Below, in pieces: positions 12,101 through 27,200 of a DNA stretch of 64,000 nt. The notes under the pieces are model-generated. The model made no database searches and was not told where the DNA came from. It saw only the letters and a program-made list of their open reading frames with translations. Origin of the DNA: Eledone cirrhosa (Eukaryota); NCBI GenBank assembly GCA_964016885.1, contig OZ024744.1, forward strand, positions 116,064,001 to 116,128,000, in the 5' to 3' direction. How positions within the stretch are numbered: the first letter of the stretch is position 1; each line of letters opens with the position of its first letter. The translations under genes were made by a program, and so were the position numbers.

Positions 12101-15100
12101 TCTCTCATAACTTGTCTCTCTCCTTATATATATAATGTCTCTCATATCTTGTCTCTCTCTCTATATATATAATGTCTCTCATATCTTGTCTCTCTCTCTC
12201 TATATATAATGTCTATCATATCTTGTCTCTCTCTCTCTCTATATATAATGTCCCTCATATCTTGTCTCTCTCTCTATATATATATAATGTCTCTCATATC
12301 TTGTCTCTCTCTCTATATATATAATGTCTCTCATATCTTGGCTCTCTCTATATATATATAATGTCTCTCACATCTTGTCTCTCTCTATATATATAATGTC
12401 TCTCATATCTTGTCTCTCTCTCTATATATATAATGTCTCTCATATCTTGTCTCTCTCTCTCTATATATATAATGTCTCTCATATCTTGTCTCTCTGTCTC
12501 TCTCTATATATAATGTCTCTCATATCTTGTCTCTCTCTCTATATATATATATAAAGTCTCTCATATCTTGTCTCTCTCTCTCTATATATATATAATGTCT
12601 CTCATATCTTGTCCCTCTCTCGCTATAAATAATGTTTCTCATATCTTGTCCCTCTCTCTCTATATATATATAATGTCTCTCATATCATGTCTCTCTCTCT
12701 ATATATATATATAATGTCTCTCATATCTTGTCTCTCTCTCTATATATATATATAATGTCTCTCATATCTTGTCTCTCTCTCTATATATATAATGTCTCTC
12801 ATATCTTATCTATCTCTCTCTATATATATAAAATGCCTCTCATATCTTGTCTCTCTCTATATATATATATATAATGTCTCTCATATCTTGTCTCTCTGTC
12901 TATATATATAATGTCTCTCATATCTTGTCTCTCTCTCTCTATATATATATAATGTCTCTCATATCTTGTCTCTCTCTCTCTATATATATAATGTCTCTCA
13001 TATCTTGTCTCACTCTCTATATATATATAATGTCTCACATATCTTGTCTCTCTCTCTCTATATATATATAATGTCTCTCATATCTTGTCTCTCTCTCTCT
13101 ATATATATATAATGTCTCTCATATCTTGTCTCTCTCTCTATATATATATTATGTCTCTCATATCTTGTCTCTCTCTATATATATAATGTCTCTCATATCT
13201 TGTCTCTCTCTCTCTATATATATATAATGTCTCTCATATCTTGTCTCTCTCTCTATATATACAATGTCTCTCATATCTTGTCTCTCTCTCTCTATATATA
13301 TAATGTCTCTCATATCTTGTCTCTCTCTATATATATATATAATGTCTCTCATATCTTGTCTCTCTGTCTCTCTCTATATATAATGTCTTTCATATCTTGT
13401 CTCTCTCTCTATATATATATAAAGTCTCTCATATCTTGTCTCTCTCTCTATATACAATGTCTCTCATATCTTGTCTCTCTCTCTCTATAAATATATAATG
13501 TCTCTCATATCTTGTCTCTCTCTCTATATATATATAATGTCTCTCATATCTTGTCTCTCTCTCTATATATATAATGTCTCTCATATCTTATCTCTCTCTC
13601 TCTATATATATATAATGTCTCTCATATCTTGTCTCTGTCTCTCTATATATATATAATGTCTCTCATATCTTGTCTCTCTCTCTCTCTATATTTATGTAAT
13701 GTCTCTCATATCTTGTCTCTCTCTCTATATATATAATGTCTCTCATATCTTGTCTCTCTCTCTATATGTATATAATGTCTCTCATATCTTGTCTCTCTCT
13801 CTCTATATATATAATGTCTCTCATATCTTGTCTCTCTCTCTATATATATATAATGTCTCTCATATCTTGTCTCTCTCTCTCTATATATATAATGTCTCTC
13901 ATATCTTATCTCTCTCTCTATATATATAATGTCTCTCATATCTTGTCTCTCTCTCTATTTATATATATAATGTCTCTCATATCTTGTCTCTCTCTCTATA
14001 TGTATATAATGTCTCTCATATCTTGTCCCTCTCTCTATATATATATAATGTCTCTCATATCTTGTCTCTCTCCCTCTCTCTCTATATAATGTCTCTCATA
14101 TCTTGTCTCTCTCTCTCTATATATATATAATGTCTCTCATATCTTGTCTCTCTCTCTATATATATAATGTCTCTCATATCTTGTCTCTCTCTCTATATAC
14201 ATATAACGTCTCTCATATCTTGTCTCTCTCTCTATATATATAATGTCTCTCATATCTTGTCTCTCTCTCTCTCTATATATATATAATGTCTCTCATATCT
14301 TGTCTCTCACTCTCTATATATATAATGTCTCTCATATCTTGTCCCTCTCTCTCTATATATAATGTCTCTCATATCTTGTCTCTCTCTCTATATATACAAT
14401 GTCTCTCATATCTTGTCTCTCTCTCTATATATATATAATGTCTCTCATATCTTGTCTCTCTCTATATATATAATGTCTCTCATATCTTGTCGCTCTCTCT
14501 CTCTATATATAATGTCTCTCATATCTTGTCTCTCTCTATATATATATAATGTCTCTCATATCTTGTCTCTCTCTCTATATATACAATGTCTCTCATATCT
14601 TCTCTCTCTCTCTATATATATATAATGTCTCTCATATCTTGTCTCTCTCTCTATATATACAATGTCTCTCATATCTTGTCTCTTTCTCTATATATATATA
14701 ATGTCTCTCATATCTTGTCTCTCTCTCTATATATATATAATGTCTCTCATATCTTGTCTCTCTCTCTATATATATAATGTCTCTCATATCTTATCTCTCT
14801 CTCTATATATATATAAAGTCTCTCATATCTTGTCTCTCTCTCTATATATAATGTCTCTCATATCTTGTGTCTCTCTCTCTCTATATATATATAATGTCTC
14901 TCATATCTTGTCTCTCTCTCTATATATATAATGTCTCTCATATCTTGTCTCTCTCTCTCTATATATATAATGTCTCTCATATCTTGTCTCTCTCTATATA
15001 TATAATGTCTCTCATATCTTGTATCTCTCTCTATATATATAATGTCTCTCATATCTTGTCTCTCTCTCTATATATATAATGTCTCTCATATCTTGTCTCT

Positions 15101-18100
15101 CTCTATATATATAATGTCTCTCATATCTTGTCTCTCTCTCTATATATATAATGTCTCTCATATCTTGTCTCTCTCTCTATATATATATAATGTCTCTCAT
15201 ATCTTGTCTCTCTGTCTCTCTCTATATATAATGTCTCTCATATCTTGTCTCTCTCTCTATATATATATAAAGTCTCTCATATCTTGTCTCTCTCTCTATA
15301 TACAATGTCTCTCATATCTTGTCTCTCTCTCTCTATATATATATAATGTCTCTCATATCTTGTCTCTCTCTCTATATATATATAATGTCTCTCATATCTT
15401 GTCTCTCTCTCTATATATATAATGTCTCTCATATCTTATCTCTCTCTCTCTCTATATATATAATGTCTCTCATATCTTGTCTCTGTCTCTCTATATATAT
15501 ATAATGTTTCTCATATCTTGTCTCTCTCTCTCTCTATATTTATGTAATGTCTCTCATATCTTGTCTCTCTCTCTATATATATAATGTCTCTCATATCTTG
15601 TCTCTCTCTCTATATGTATATAATGTCTCTCATATCTTGTCTCTCTCTCTCTCTATATATAATGTCTCTCATATCTTGTCTCTCTCTCTATATATATATA
15701 ATGTCTCTCATATCTTGTCTCTCTCTCTCTATATATATAATGTCTCTCATATCTTATCTCTCTCTCTATATATATAATGTCTCTCATATCTTGTCTCTCT
15801 CTCTCTATATATATATAATGTCTCTCATATCTTCTCTCTCTCTCTATATGTATATAATGTCTCTCATATCTTGTCCCTCTCTCTCTCTATATATAATGTC
15901 TCTCATATCTTGTCTCTCTCCCTCTCTCTATATAATGTCTCTCATATCTTGTCTCTCTCTCTCTATATATATATAATGTCTCTCATATCTTGTCTCTCTC
16001 TATATATATATAATGTCTCTCATATCTTGTCTCTCTCTCTATATACATATAACGTCTCTCATATCTTGTCTCTCTCTCTATATATATAATGTCTCTCATA
16101 TCTTGTCTCTCTCTCTCTATATATATATATAATGTCTCTCATATCTTGTCTCTCTCTCTATATATATATAATGTCTCTCATATCTTGTCCCCCTCTCTCT
16201 CTATAAATAATGTTTCTCATATCTTGTCCCTCTCTCTCTATATATATATAATGTCTCTCATATCTTGTCTCTTTCTCTATATATATAATGTCTCTCATAT
16301 CTTGTCTCTCTCTCTATATATATATATAATGTCTCTCATATCTTGTCTTTCTCTATATATATAATGTCTCTCATATCTTGTCTCTCTCTCTATATATATA
16401 TAATGTGTCTCATATCTTGTCTCTCTCTATGTATAATGTCTCTCATATCTTGTCGCTCTCTCTCTATATATATAATGTCTCTCATATCTTGTCTCTCTCT
16501 ATATATATATAATGTCTCTCATATCTTGTCTCTCTCTCTCTATATATATAATGTCTCTCATATCTTGTCTCTCTCTATATATATAATGTCTCTCATATCT
16601 TGTCACTCTCTCTCTATATATATAATGTCTCCCATATCTTGTCTCTCTCTCTCTCTATATATATAATGTCTCTCATATCTTGTCTCTCTCTCTATATATA
16701 CAATGTCTCTCATATCTTGTCTCTCTCTCTATATATATATAATGTCTCTCATATCTTGTCTCTCTCTCTCTATATATATAATGTCTCTCATATCTTGTCT
16801 CTCTCTCTATATATATAATGTCTCTCATATCTTATCTCTCTCTCTCTATATATATAAATCTCTCATTCTTGTCTCTCTCTCTATATATAATGTCTCTCAT
16901 ATCTTGTCTCTCTCTCTCTATATATATAATGTCTCTCATATCTTGTCTCTCTCTCTATATATATAATGTCTCTCATATCTTGTCTATCTCTCTATATATA
17001 ATGTCTCTCATATCTTGTCTCTCTCTCTATAAATATATAATGTCTCTCATATCTCGTCTCTCTCTCTCTATATATATATAATGTCTCACATATCTTGTCT
17101 CTCTCTCTCTATATATATATAATGTCTCTCATAGCCTGTCTCTCTCTCTCTCTATATATAATGTCTCTCATATCTTGTCTCTCTCTCTATATATATAATG
17201 TCTCTCATAACTTGTCTCTCTGTCTCTCTCTATATATAATGTCTCTCATAACTTGTCTCTCTCCTTATATATATAATGTCTCTCATATCTTGTCTCTCTC
17301 TCTATATATATAATGTCTCTCATATCTTGTCTCTCTCTCTCTATATATAATGTCTATCATATCTTGTCTCTCTCTCTCTATATATATAATGTCCCTCATA
17401 TCTTGTCTCTCTCTCTATATATATATAATGTCTCTCATATCTTGTCTCTCTCTCTATATATATAATGTCTCTCATATCTTGGCTCTCTCTATATATATAT
17501 AATGTCTCTCACATCTTGTCTCTCTCTATATATATAATGTCTCTCATATCTTGTCTCTCTCTCTATATATATAATGTCTCTCATATCTTGTCTCTCTCTC
17601 TCTATATATATAATGTCTCTCATATCTTGTCTCTCTGTCTCTCTCTATATATAATGTCTCTCATATCTTGTCTCTCTCTCTATATATATATATAAAGTCT
17701 CTCATATCTTGTCTCTCTCTCTCTATATATATATAATGTCTCTGATATCTTGTCCCTCTCTCGCTATAAATAATGTTTCTCATATCTTGTCCCTCTCTCT
17801 CTATATATATATAATGTCTCTCATATCATGTCTCTCTCTCTATATATATATATAATGTCTCTCATATCTTGTCTCTCTCTCTATATATATATATAATGTC
17901 TCTCATATCTTGTCTCTCTCTCTATATATATAATGTCTCTCATATCTTATCTCTCTCTCTCTATATATATAAAATGCCTCTCATATCTTGTCTCTCTCTA
18001 TATATATATATATAATGTCTCTCATATCTTGTCTCTCTGTCTATATATATAATGTCTCTCATATCTTGTCTCTCTCTCTCTATATATATATAATGTCTCT

Positions 18101-18440
18101 CATATCTTGTCTCTCTCTCTCTATATATATAATGTCTCTCATATCTTGTCTCACTCTCTATATATATATAATGTCTCACATATCTTGTCTCTCTCTCTAT
18201 ATATATATATAATGTCTCTCATATCTTGTCTCTCTCTCTCTATATATATATAATGTCTCTCATATCTTGTCTCTCTCTCTATATATATATTATGTCTCTC
18301 ATATCTTGTCTCTCTCTATATATATAATGTCTCTCATATCTTGTCTCTCTCTCTCTATATATATATAATGTCTCTCATATCTTGTCTCTCTCTCTATATA
18401 TACAATGTCTCTCATATCTTGTCTCTCTCTCTATATATAT
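8000..18440. repeat. Higher-order tandem duplication, ~5.1-5.3 kb period (~8000-13300 vs ~13305-18440)
   Basis: 8167/13471 and 8395/13699 (+5304), 9697/15042 and 10202/15547 (+5345), 11954/17095, 12324/17465 and 12820/17961 (+5141). Confidence 0.85.
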
Positions 18441-21400
18441 ATAATATCTCTCATATCTTGTCTCTCTCTATATATATAATGTCTCTCATATCTTGTCGCT
18501 CTCTCTCTATACATATAATGTCTCTCATATCTTGTCTCTCTCTATATATATAATGTCTCTCATATCTTGTCACTCTCTCTCTATATATATAATGTCTCTC
18601 ATATCTTGTCTCTCTCTCTCTCTCTATATATAATGTCTCTCATATCTTGTCTCTCTCTCTATATATACAATGTCTCTCATATCTTGTCTCTTTCTCTATA
18701 TATATATAATGTCTCTCATATCTTGTCTCTCTCTCTATATATATATAATGTCTCTCATATCTTGTCTCTCTCTCTATATATATAATGTCTCTCATATCTT
18801 ATCTCTCTCTCTCTATATATATAAAGTCTCTCATATCTTGTCTCTCTCTCTATATATAATGTCTCTCATATCTTGTGTCTCTCTCTCTCTATATATATAT
18901 AATGTCTCTCATATCTTGTCTCTCTCTCTATATATATAATGTCTCTCATATCTTGTCTCTCTCTCTATATATATATAATGTCTCTCATATCTTGTCTCTC
19001 TCTCTATATATTTAATGTCTCTCATATCTTGTCTCTCTCTCTATATATATAATGTCTCTCATATCTTGTCTCTCTCTATATATATAATGTCTCTTATATC
19101 TTGTCTCTCTCTCTATATATATAATGTCTCTCATATCTTGTCTCTCTCTCTATATATATATAATGTCTCTCATATCTTGTCACACTGTCTCTCTCTCTAT
19201 ATATAATGTCTCTCATATCTTGTCTCTCTCTCTCTATATATATATAAAGTCTCTCATATCTTGTCTCTCTCTCTATATACAATGTCTCTCATATCTTGTC
19301 TCTCTCTCTCTATATATATATAATGTCTCTCATATCTTGTCTCTCTCTCTATATATATATAATGTCTCTCATATCTTGTCCCTCTCTCTCTATAAATAAT
19401 GTTTCTCATATCTTGTCCCTCTCTCTCTATATATATATAATGTCTCACATATCTTGTCTCTCTCTCTCTATATATATATAATGTCTCTCATATCTTGTCT
19501 CTCTCTCTATATATACAATGTCTCTCATATCTTGTCTCTTTCTCTATATATATATAATGTCTCTCATATCTTGTCTCTCTCTCTCTATATATATAAAGTC
19601 TCTCATATCTTGTCTCTCTCTCTATATATAATGTCTCTCATATCTTGTGTCTCTCTCTATATATATATATATAATGTCTCTCATATCTTGTCTCTCTCTC
19701 TATATATATAATGTCTCTCATATCTTGTCTCTCTCTCTCTATATATATAACGTCTCTCATATCTTGTCTCTCTCTCTATATATATAATGTCTCTCATATC
19801 TTGTATCTCTCTCTATATATATAATGTCTCTCATATCTTGTCTCTCTCTATATATATATAATGTCTCTCATATCTTGTCTCTCTCTATATATATAATGTC
19901 TCTCATATCTTGTCTCTCTCTCTATATATATATTATGTCTCTCATATCTTGTCTCTCTCTCTATATATATATATAATGTCTCTCATATCTTGTCTCTCTC
20001 TCTATATATACAATGTCTCTCATATCTTGTCTCTCTCTCTATATATATATAATGTCTCTCATATCTTGTCTCTCTCTATATATATAATGTCTCTCATATC
20101 TTGTCGCTCTCTCTCTATATATATAATGTCTCTCATATCTTGTCTCTCTCTATATATATATAATGTCTCTCATATCTTGTCTCTCTCTCTATATATACAA
20201 TGTCTCTCATATCTTGTCTCTCTCTCTATATATATATAATGTCTCTCATATCTTGTCTCTCTCTATATATATAATGTCTCTCATATCTTGTCGCTCTCTC
20301 TCTCTATATATAATGTCTCTCATATCTTGTCTCTCTCTATATATATATAATGTCTCTCATATCTTGTCTCTCTCTCTATATATACAATGTCTCTCATATC
20401 TTCTCTCTCTCTCTATATATATATAATGTCTCTCATATCTTGTCTCTCTCTCTATATATACAATGTCTCTCATATCTTGTCTCTTTCTCTATATATATAT
20501 AATGTCTCTCATATCTTGTCTCTCTCTCTATATATATATAATGTCTCTCATATCTTGTCTCTCTCTCTATATATATAATGTCTCTCATATCTTATCTCTC
20601 TCTCTATATATATATAAAGTCTCTCATATCTTGTCTCTCTCTCTATATATAATGTCTCTCATATCTTGTGTCTCTCTCTCTCTATATATATATAATGTCT
20701 CTCATATCTTGTCTCTCTCTCTATATATAAAATGTCTCTCATATCTTGTCTCTCTCTCTCTCTATATATAATGTCTCTCATATCTTGTCTCTCTCTATAT
20801 ATATAATGTCTCTCATATCTTGTATCTCTCTCTATATATATAATGTCTCTCATATCTTGTCTCTCTCTCTATATATATAATGTCTCTCATATCTTGTCTC
20901 TCTCTATATATATAATGTCTCTCATATCTTGTCTCTCTCTCTATATATATAATGTCTCTCATATCTTGTCTCTCTCTCTATATATATATAATGTCTCTCA
21001 TATCTTGTCTCTCTGTCTCTCTCTATATATAATGTCTCTCATATCTTGTCTCTCTCTATATATATATATAAAGTCTCTCATATCTTGTCTCTCTCTCTAT
21101 ATACAATGTCTCTCATATCTTGTCTCTCTCTATATATATATAATGTCTCTCATATCTTGTCTCTCTCTCTCTATATATATAATGTCTCTCATATCTTATC
21201 TCTCTCTCTATATATATAATGTCTCTCATATCTTGTCTCTCTCTCTCTATATATATATAATGTCTCTCATATCTTCTCTCTCTCTCTATATGTATATAAT
21301 GTCTCTCATATCTTGTCCCTCTCTCTCTCTATATATAATGTCTCTCATATCTTGTCTCTCTCCCTCTCTCTATATAATGTCTCTCATATCTTGTCTCTCT

Positions 21401-24400
21401 CTCTCTATATATATATAATGTCTCTCATATCTTGTCTCTCTCTCTATATATATAATGTCTCTCATATCTTATCTCTCTCTCTATATATATATATAATGTC
21501 TCTCATATCTTGTCTCTGTCTCTCTCTATATATATAATGTCTCTCATATCTTGTCTCTCTCTCTATATATATAATGTCTCTCATATCTTGTCTCTCTCTC
21601 TATATATATATAATGTCTCTCATATCTTGTCTCTCTGTCTCTCTCTATATATAATGTCTCTCATATCTTGTCTCTCTCTATATATATATATAAAGTCTCT
21701 CATATCTTGTCTCTCTCTCTATATACAATGTCTCTCATATCTTGTCTCTCTCTATATATATATAATGTCTCTCATATCTTGTCTCTCTCTCTCTATATAT
21801 ATAATGTCTCTCATATCTTATCTCTCTCTCTATATATATAATGTCTCTCATATCTTGTCTCTCTCTCTCTATATATATATAATGTCTCTCATATCTTCTC
21901 TCTCTCTCTATATGTATATAATGTCTCTCATATCTTGTCCCTCTCTCTCTCTATATATAATGTCTCTCATATCTTGTCTCTCTCCCTCTCTCTATATAAT
22001 GTCTCTCATATCTTGTCTCTCTCTCTCTATATATATATAATGTCTCTCATATCTTGTCTCTCTCTATATATATATAATGTCTCTCATATCTTGTCTCTCT
22101 CTCTATATACATATAACGTCTCTCATATCTTGTCTCTCTCTCTATATATATAATGTCTCTCATATCTTGTCTCTCTCTCTCTATATATATATATAATGTC
22201 TCTCATATCTTGTCTCTCTCTCTATATATATATAATGTCTCTCATATCTTGTCCCTCTCTCTCTATAAATAATGTTTCTCATATCTTGTCCCTCTCTCTC
22301 TATATATATATAATGTCTCTCATATCTTGTCTCTTTCTCTATATATATAATGTCTCTCATATCTTGTCTCTCTCTCTATATATATATATAATGTCTCTCA
22401 TATCTTGTCTTTCTCTCTATATATATAATGTCTCTCATATCTTGTCTCTCTCTCTATATATATATAATGTGTCTCATATCTTGTCTCTCTCTATGTATAA
22501 TGTCTCTCATATCTTGTCGCTCTCTCTCTATATATATAATGTCTCTCATATCTTGTCTCTCTCTATATATATATAATGTCTCTCATATCTTGTCTCTCTC
22601 TCTCTATATATATAATGTCTCTCATATCTTGTCTCTCTCTATATATATAATGTCTCTCATATCTTGTCACTCTCTCTCTATATATATAATGTCTCCCATA
22701 TCTTGTCTCTCTCTCTCTCTATATATATAATGTCTCTCATATCTTGTCTCTCTCTCTATATATACAATGTCTCTCATATCTTGTCTCTCTCTCTATATAT
22801 ATATAATGTCTCTCATATCTTGTCTCTCTCTCTCTATATATATAATGTCTCTCATATCTTGTCTCTCTCTCTATATATATAATGTCTCTCATATCTTATC
22901 TCTCTCTCTCTATATATATAAAGTCTCTCATTCTTGTCTCTCTCTCTATATATAATGTCTCTCATATCTTGTCTCTCTCTCTCTCTATATATATATAATG
23001 TCTCTCATATCTTGTCTCTCTCTCTATATATATAATGTCTCTCATATCTTGTCTATCTCTCTATATATAATGTCTCTCATATCTTGTCTCTCTCTCTATA
23101 AATATATAATGTCTCTCATATCTCGTCTCTCTCTCTCTCTATATATATAATGTCTCACATATCTTGTCTCTCTCTCTCTATATATATATAATGTCTCTCA
23201 TAGCCTGTCTCTCTCTCTCTCTATATATAATGTCTCTCATATCTTGTCTCTCTCTCTATATATATAATGTCTCTCATAACTTGTCTCTCTGTCTCTCTCT
23301 ATATATAATGTCTCTCATAACTTGTCTCTCTCCTTATATATATAATGTCTCTCATATCTTGTCTCTCTCTCTATATATATAATGTCTCTCATATCTTGTC
23401 TCTCTCTCTCTATATATAATGTCTATCATATCTTGTCTCTCTCTCTCTATATATATAATGTCCCTCATATCTTGTCTCTCTCTCTATATATATATAATGT
23501 CTCTCATATCTTGTCTCTCTCTCTATATATATAATGTCTCTCATATCTTGGCTCTCTCTATATATATATAATGTCTCTCACATCTTGTCTCTCTCTATAT
23601 ATATAATGTCTCTCATATCTTGTCTCTCTCTCTATATATATAATGTCTCTCATATCTTGTCTCTCTCTCTCTATATATATAATGTCTCTCATATCTTGTC
23701 TCTCTGTCTCTCTCTATATATAATGTCTCTCATATCTTGTCTCTCTCTCTATATATATATATAAAGTCTCTCATATCTTGTCTCTCTCTCTCTATATATA
23801 TATAATGTCTCTGATATCTTGTCCCTCTCTCGCTATAAATAATGTTTCTCATATCTTGTCCCTCTCTCTCTATATATATATAATGTCTCTCATATCATGT
23901 CTCTCTCTCTATATATATATATAATGTCTCTCATATCTTGTCTCTCTCTCTATATATATATATAATGTCTCTCATATCTTGTCTCTCTCTCTATATATAT
24001 AATGTCTCTCATATCTTATCTCTCTCTCTCTATATATATAAAATGCCTCTCATATCTTGTCTCTCTCTATATATATATATATAATGTCTCTCATATCTTG
24101 TCTCTCTGTCTATATATATAATGTCTCTCATATCTTGTCTCTCTCTCTCTATATATATATAATGTCTCTCATATCTTGTCTCTCTCTCTCTATATATATA
24201 ATGTCTCTCATATCTTGTCTCACTCTCTATATATATATAATGTCTCACATATCTTGTCTCTCTCTCTATATATATATATAATGTCTCTCATATCTTGTCT
24301 CTCTCTCTCTATATATATATAATGTCTCTCATATCTTGTCTCTCTCTCTATATATATATTATGTCTCTCATATCTTGTCTCTCTCTATATATATAATGTC

Positions 24401-27200
24401 TCTCATATCTTGTCTCTCTCTCTCTATATATATATAATGTCTCTCATATCTTGTCTCTCTCTCTATATATACAATGTCTCTCATATCTTGTCTCTCTCTC
24501 TCTATATATATAATATCTCTCATATCTTGTCTCTCTCTATATATATAATGTCTCTCATATCTTGTCGCTCTCTCTCTATACATATAATGTCTCTCATATC
24601 TTGTCTCTCTCTATATATATAATGTCTCTCATATCTTGTCACTCTCTCTCTATATATATAATGTCTCTCATATCTTGTCTCTCTCTCTCTCTCTATATAT
24701 AATGTCCTCTCATATCTTGTCTCTCTCTCTATATATACAATGTCTCTCATATCTTGTCTCTTTCTCTATATATATATAATGTCTCTCATATCTTGTCTCT
24801 CTCTCTATATATATATAATGTCTCTCATATCTTGTCTCTCTCTCTATATATATATAATGTCTCTCATATCTTATCGTCTCTCTCTCTATATATATAAAGT
24901 CTCTCATATCTTGTCTCTCTCTCTATATATAATGTCTCTCATATCTTGTCTCTCTCTCTATATATATATAATGTCTCTCATATCTTGTCTCTCTCTCTAT
25001 ATATATAATGTCTCTCATATCTTGTCTCTCTCTCTATATATATATAATGTCTCTCATATCTTGTCTCTCTCTCTATATATTTAATGTCTCTCATATCTTG
25101 TCTCTCTCTCTATATATATAATGTCTCTCATATCTTGTCTCTCTCTATATATATAATGTCTCTTATATCTTGTCTCTCTCTCTATATATATAATGTCTCT
25201 CATATCTTGTCTCTCTCTCTATATATATATAATGTCTCTCATATCTTGTCACACTGTCTCTCTCTCTATATATAATGTCTCTCATATCTTGTCTCTCTCT
25301 CTCTATATATATATAAAGTCTCTCATATCTTGTCTCTCTCTCTATATACAATGTCTCTCATATCTTGTCTCTCTCTCTCTATATATATATAATGTCTCTC
25401 ATATCTTGTCTCTCTCTCTATATATATATAATGTCTCTCATATCTTGTCCCTCTCTCTCTATAAATAATGTTTCTCATATCTTGTCCCTCTCTCTCTATA
25501 TATATATAATGTCTCACATATCTTGTCTCTCTCTCTCTATATATATATAATGTCTCTCATATCTTGTCTCTCTCTCTATATATACAATGTCTCTCATATC
25601 TTGTCTCTTTCTCTATATATATATAATGTCTCTCATATCTTGTCTCTCTCTCTCTATATATATAAAGTCTCTCATATCTTGTCTCTCTCTCTATATATAA
25701 TGTCTCTCATATCTTGTGTCTCTCTCTATATATATATATATAATGTCTCTCATATCTTGTCTCTCTCTCTATATATATAATGTCTCTCATATCTTGTCTC
25801 TCTCTCTCTATATATATAACGTCTCTCATATCTTGTCTCTCTCTCTATATATATAATGTCTCTCATATCTTGTATCTCTCTCTATATATATAATGTCTCT
25901 CATATCTTGTCTCTCTCTATATATATATAATGTCTCTCATATCTTGTCTCTCTCTATATATATAATGTCTCTCATATCTTGTCTCTCTCTCTATATATAT
26001 ATTATGTCTCTCATATCTTGTCTCTCTCTCTATATATATATATAATGTCTCTCATATCTTGTCTCTCTCTCTATATATACAATGTCTCTCATATCTTGTC
26101 TCTCTCTCTATATATATATAATGTCTCTCATATCTTGTCTCTCTCTATATATATAATGTCTCTCATATCTTGTCGCTCTCTCTCTATATATATAATGTCT
26201 CTCATATCTTGTCTCTCTCTATATATATATAATGTCTCTCATATCTTGTCTCTCTCTCTATATATACAATGTCTCTCATATCTTGTCTCTCTCTCTATAT
26301 ATATATAATGTCTCTCATATCTTGTCTCTCTCTATATATATAATGTCTCTCATATCTTGTCGCTCTCTCTCTCTATATATAATGTCTCTCATATCTTGTC
26401 TCTCTCTATATATATATAATGTCTCTCATATCTTGTCTCTCTCTCTATATATACAATGTCTCTCATATCTTCTCTCTCTCTCTATATATATATAATGTCT
26501 CTCATATCTTGTCTCTCTCTCTATATATACAATGTCTCTCATATCTTGTCTCTTTCTCTATATATATATAATGTCTCTCATATCTTGTCTCTCTCTCTAT
26601 ATATATATAATGTCTCTCATATCTTGTCTCTCTCTCTATATATATAATGTCTCTCATATCTTATCTCTCTCTCTATATATATATAAAGTCTCTCATATCT
26701 TGTCTCTCTCTCTATATATAATGTCTCTCATATCTTGTGTCTCTCTCTCTCTATATATATATAATGTCTCTCATATCTTGTCTCTCTCTCTATATATAAA
26801 ATGTCTCTCATATCTTGTCTCTCTCTCTCTCTATATATAATGTCTCTCATATCTTGTCTCTCTCTATATATATAATGTCTCTCATATCTTGTATCTCTCT
26901 CTATATATATAATGTCTCTCATATCTTGTCTCTCTCTCTATATATATAATGTCTCTCATATCTTGTCTCTCTCTATATATATAATGTCTCTCATATCTTG
27001 TCTCTCTCTCTATATATATAATGTCTCTCATATCTTGTCTCTCTCTCTATATATATATAATGTCTCTCATATCTTGTCTCTCTGTCTCTCTCTATATATA
27101 ATGTCTCTCATATCTTGTCTCTCTCTATATATATATATAAAGTCTCTCATATCTTGTCTCTCTCTCTATATACAATGTCTCTCATATCTTGTCTCTCTCT
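15700..27200. repeat. Higher-order duplication, ~6.07 kb offset (~15700-21140 vs ~21760-27200)
   Basis: 15871/21935 and 16600/22664 (+6064); 17095/23164, 17465/23534, 19015/25084, 19910/25979 and 20843/26912 (+6069). Both copies share rare markers TCTGATATC (~17741/~23809) and GTCACACTG (~19179/~25248). Confidence 0.92.
20920..22060. repeat. Local 622-bp tandem duplication at the junction of the 6.07 kb copies
   Basis: ORFs 21313/21935 and ORF ends 21418/22040 differ by 622. The AAAGTC, ATACAATG and CTTCTC markers repeat at the same offset. Confidence 0.85.
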
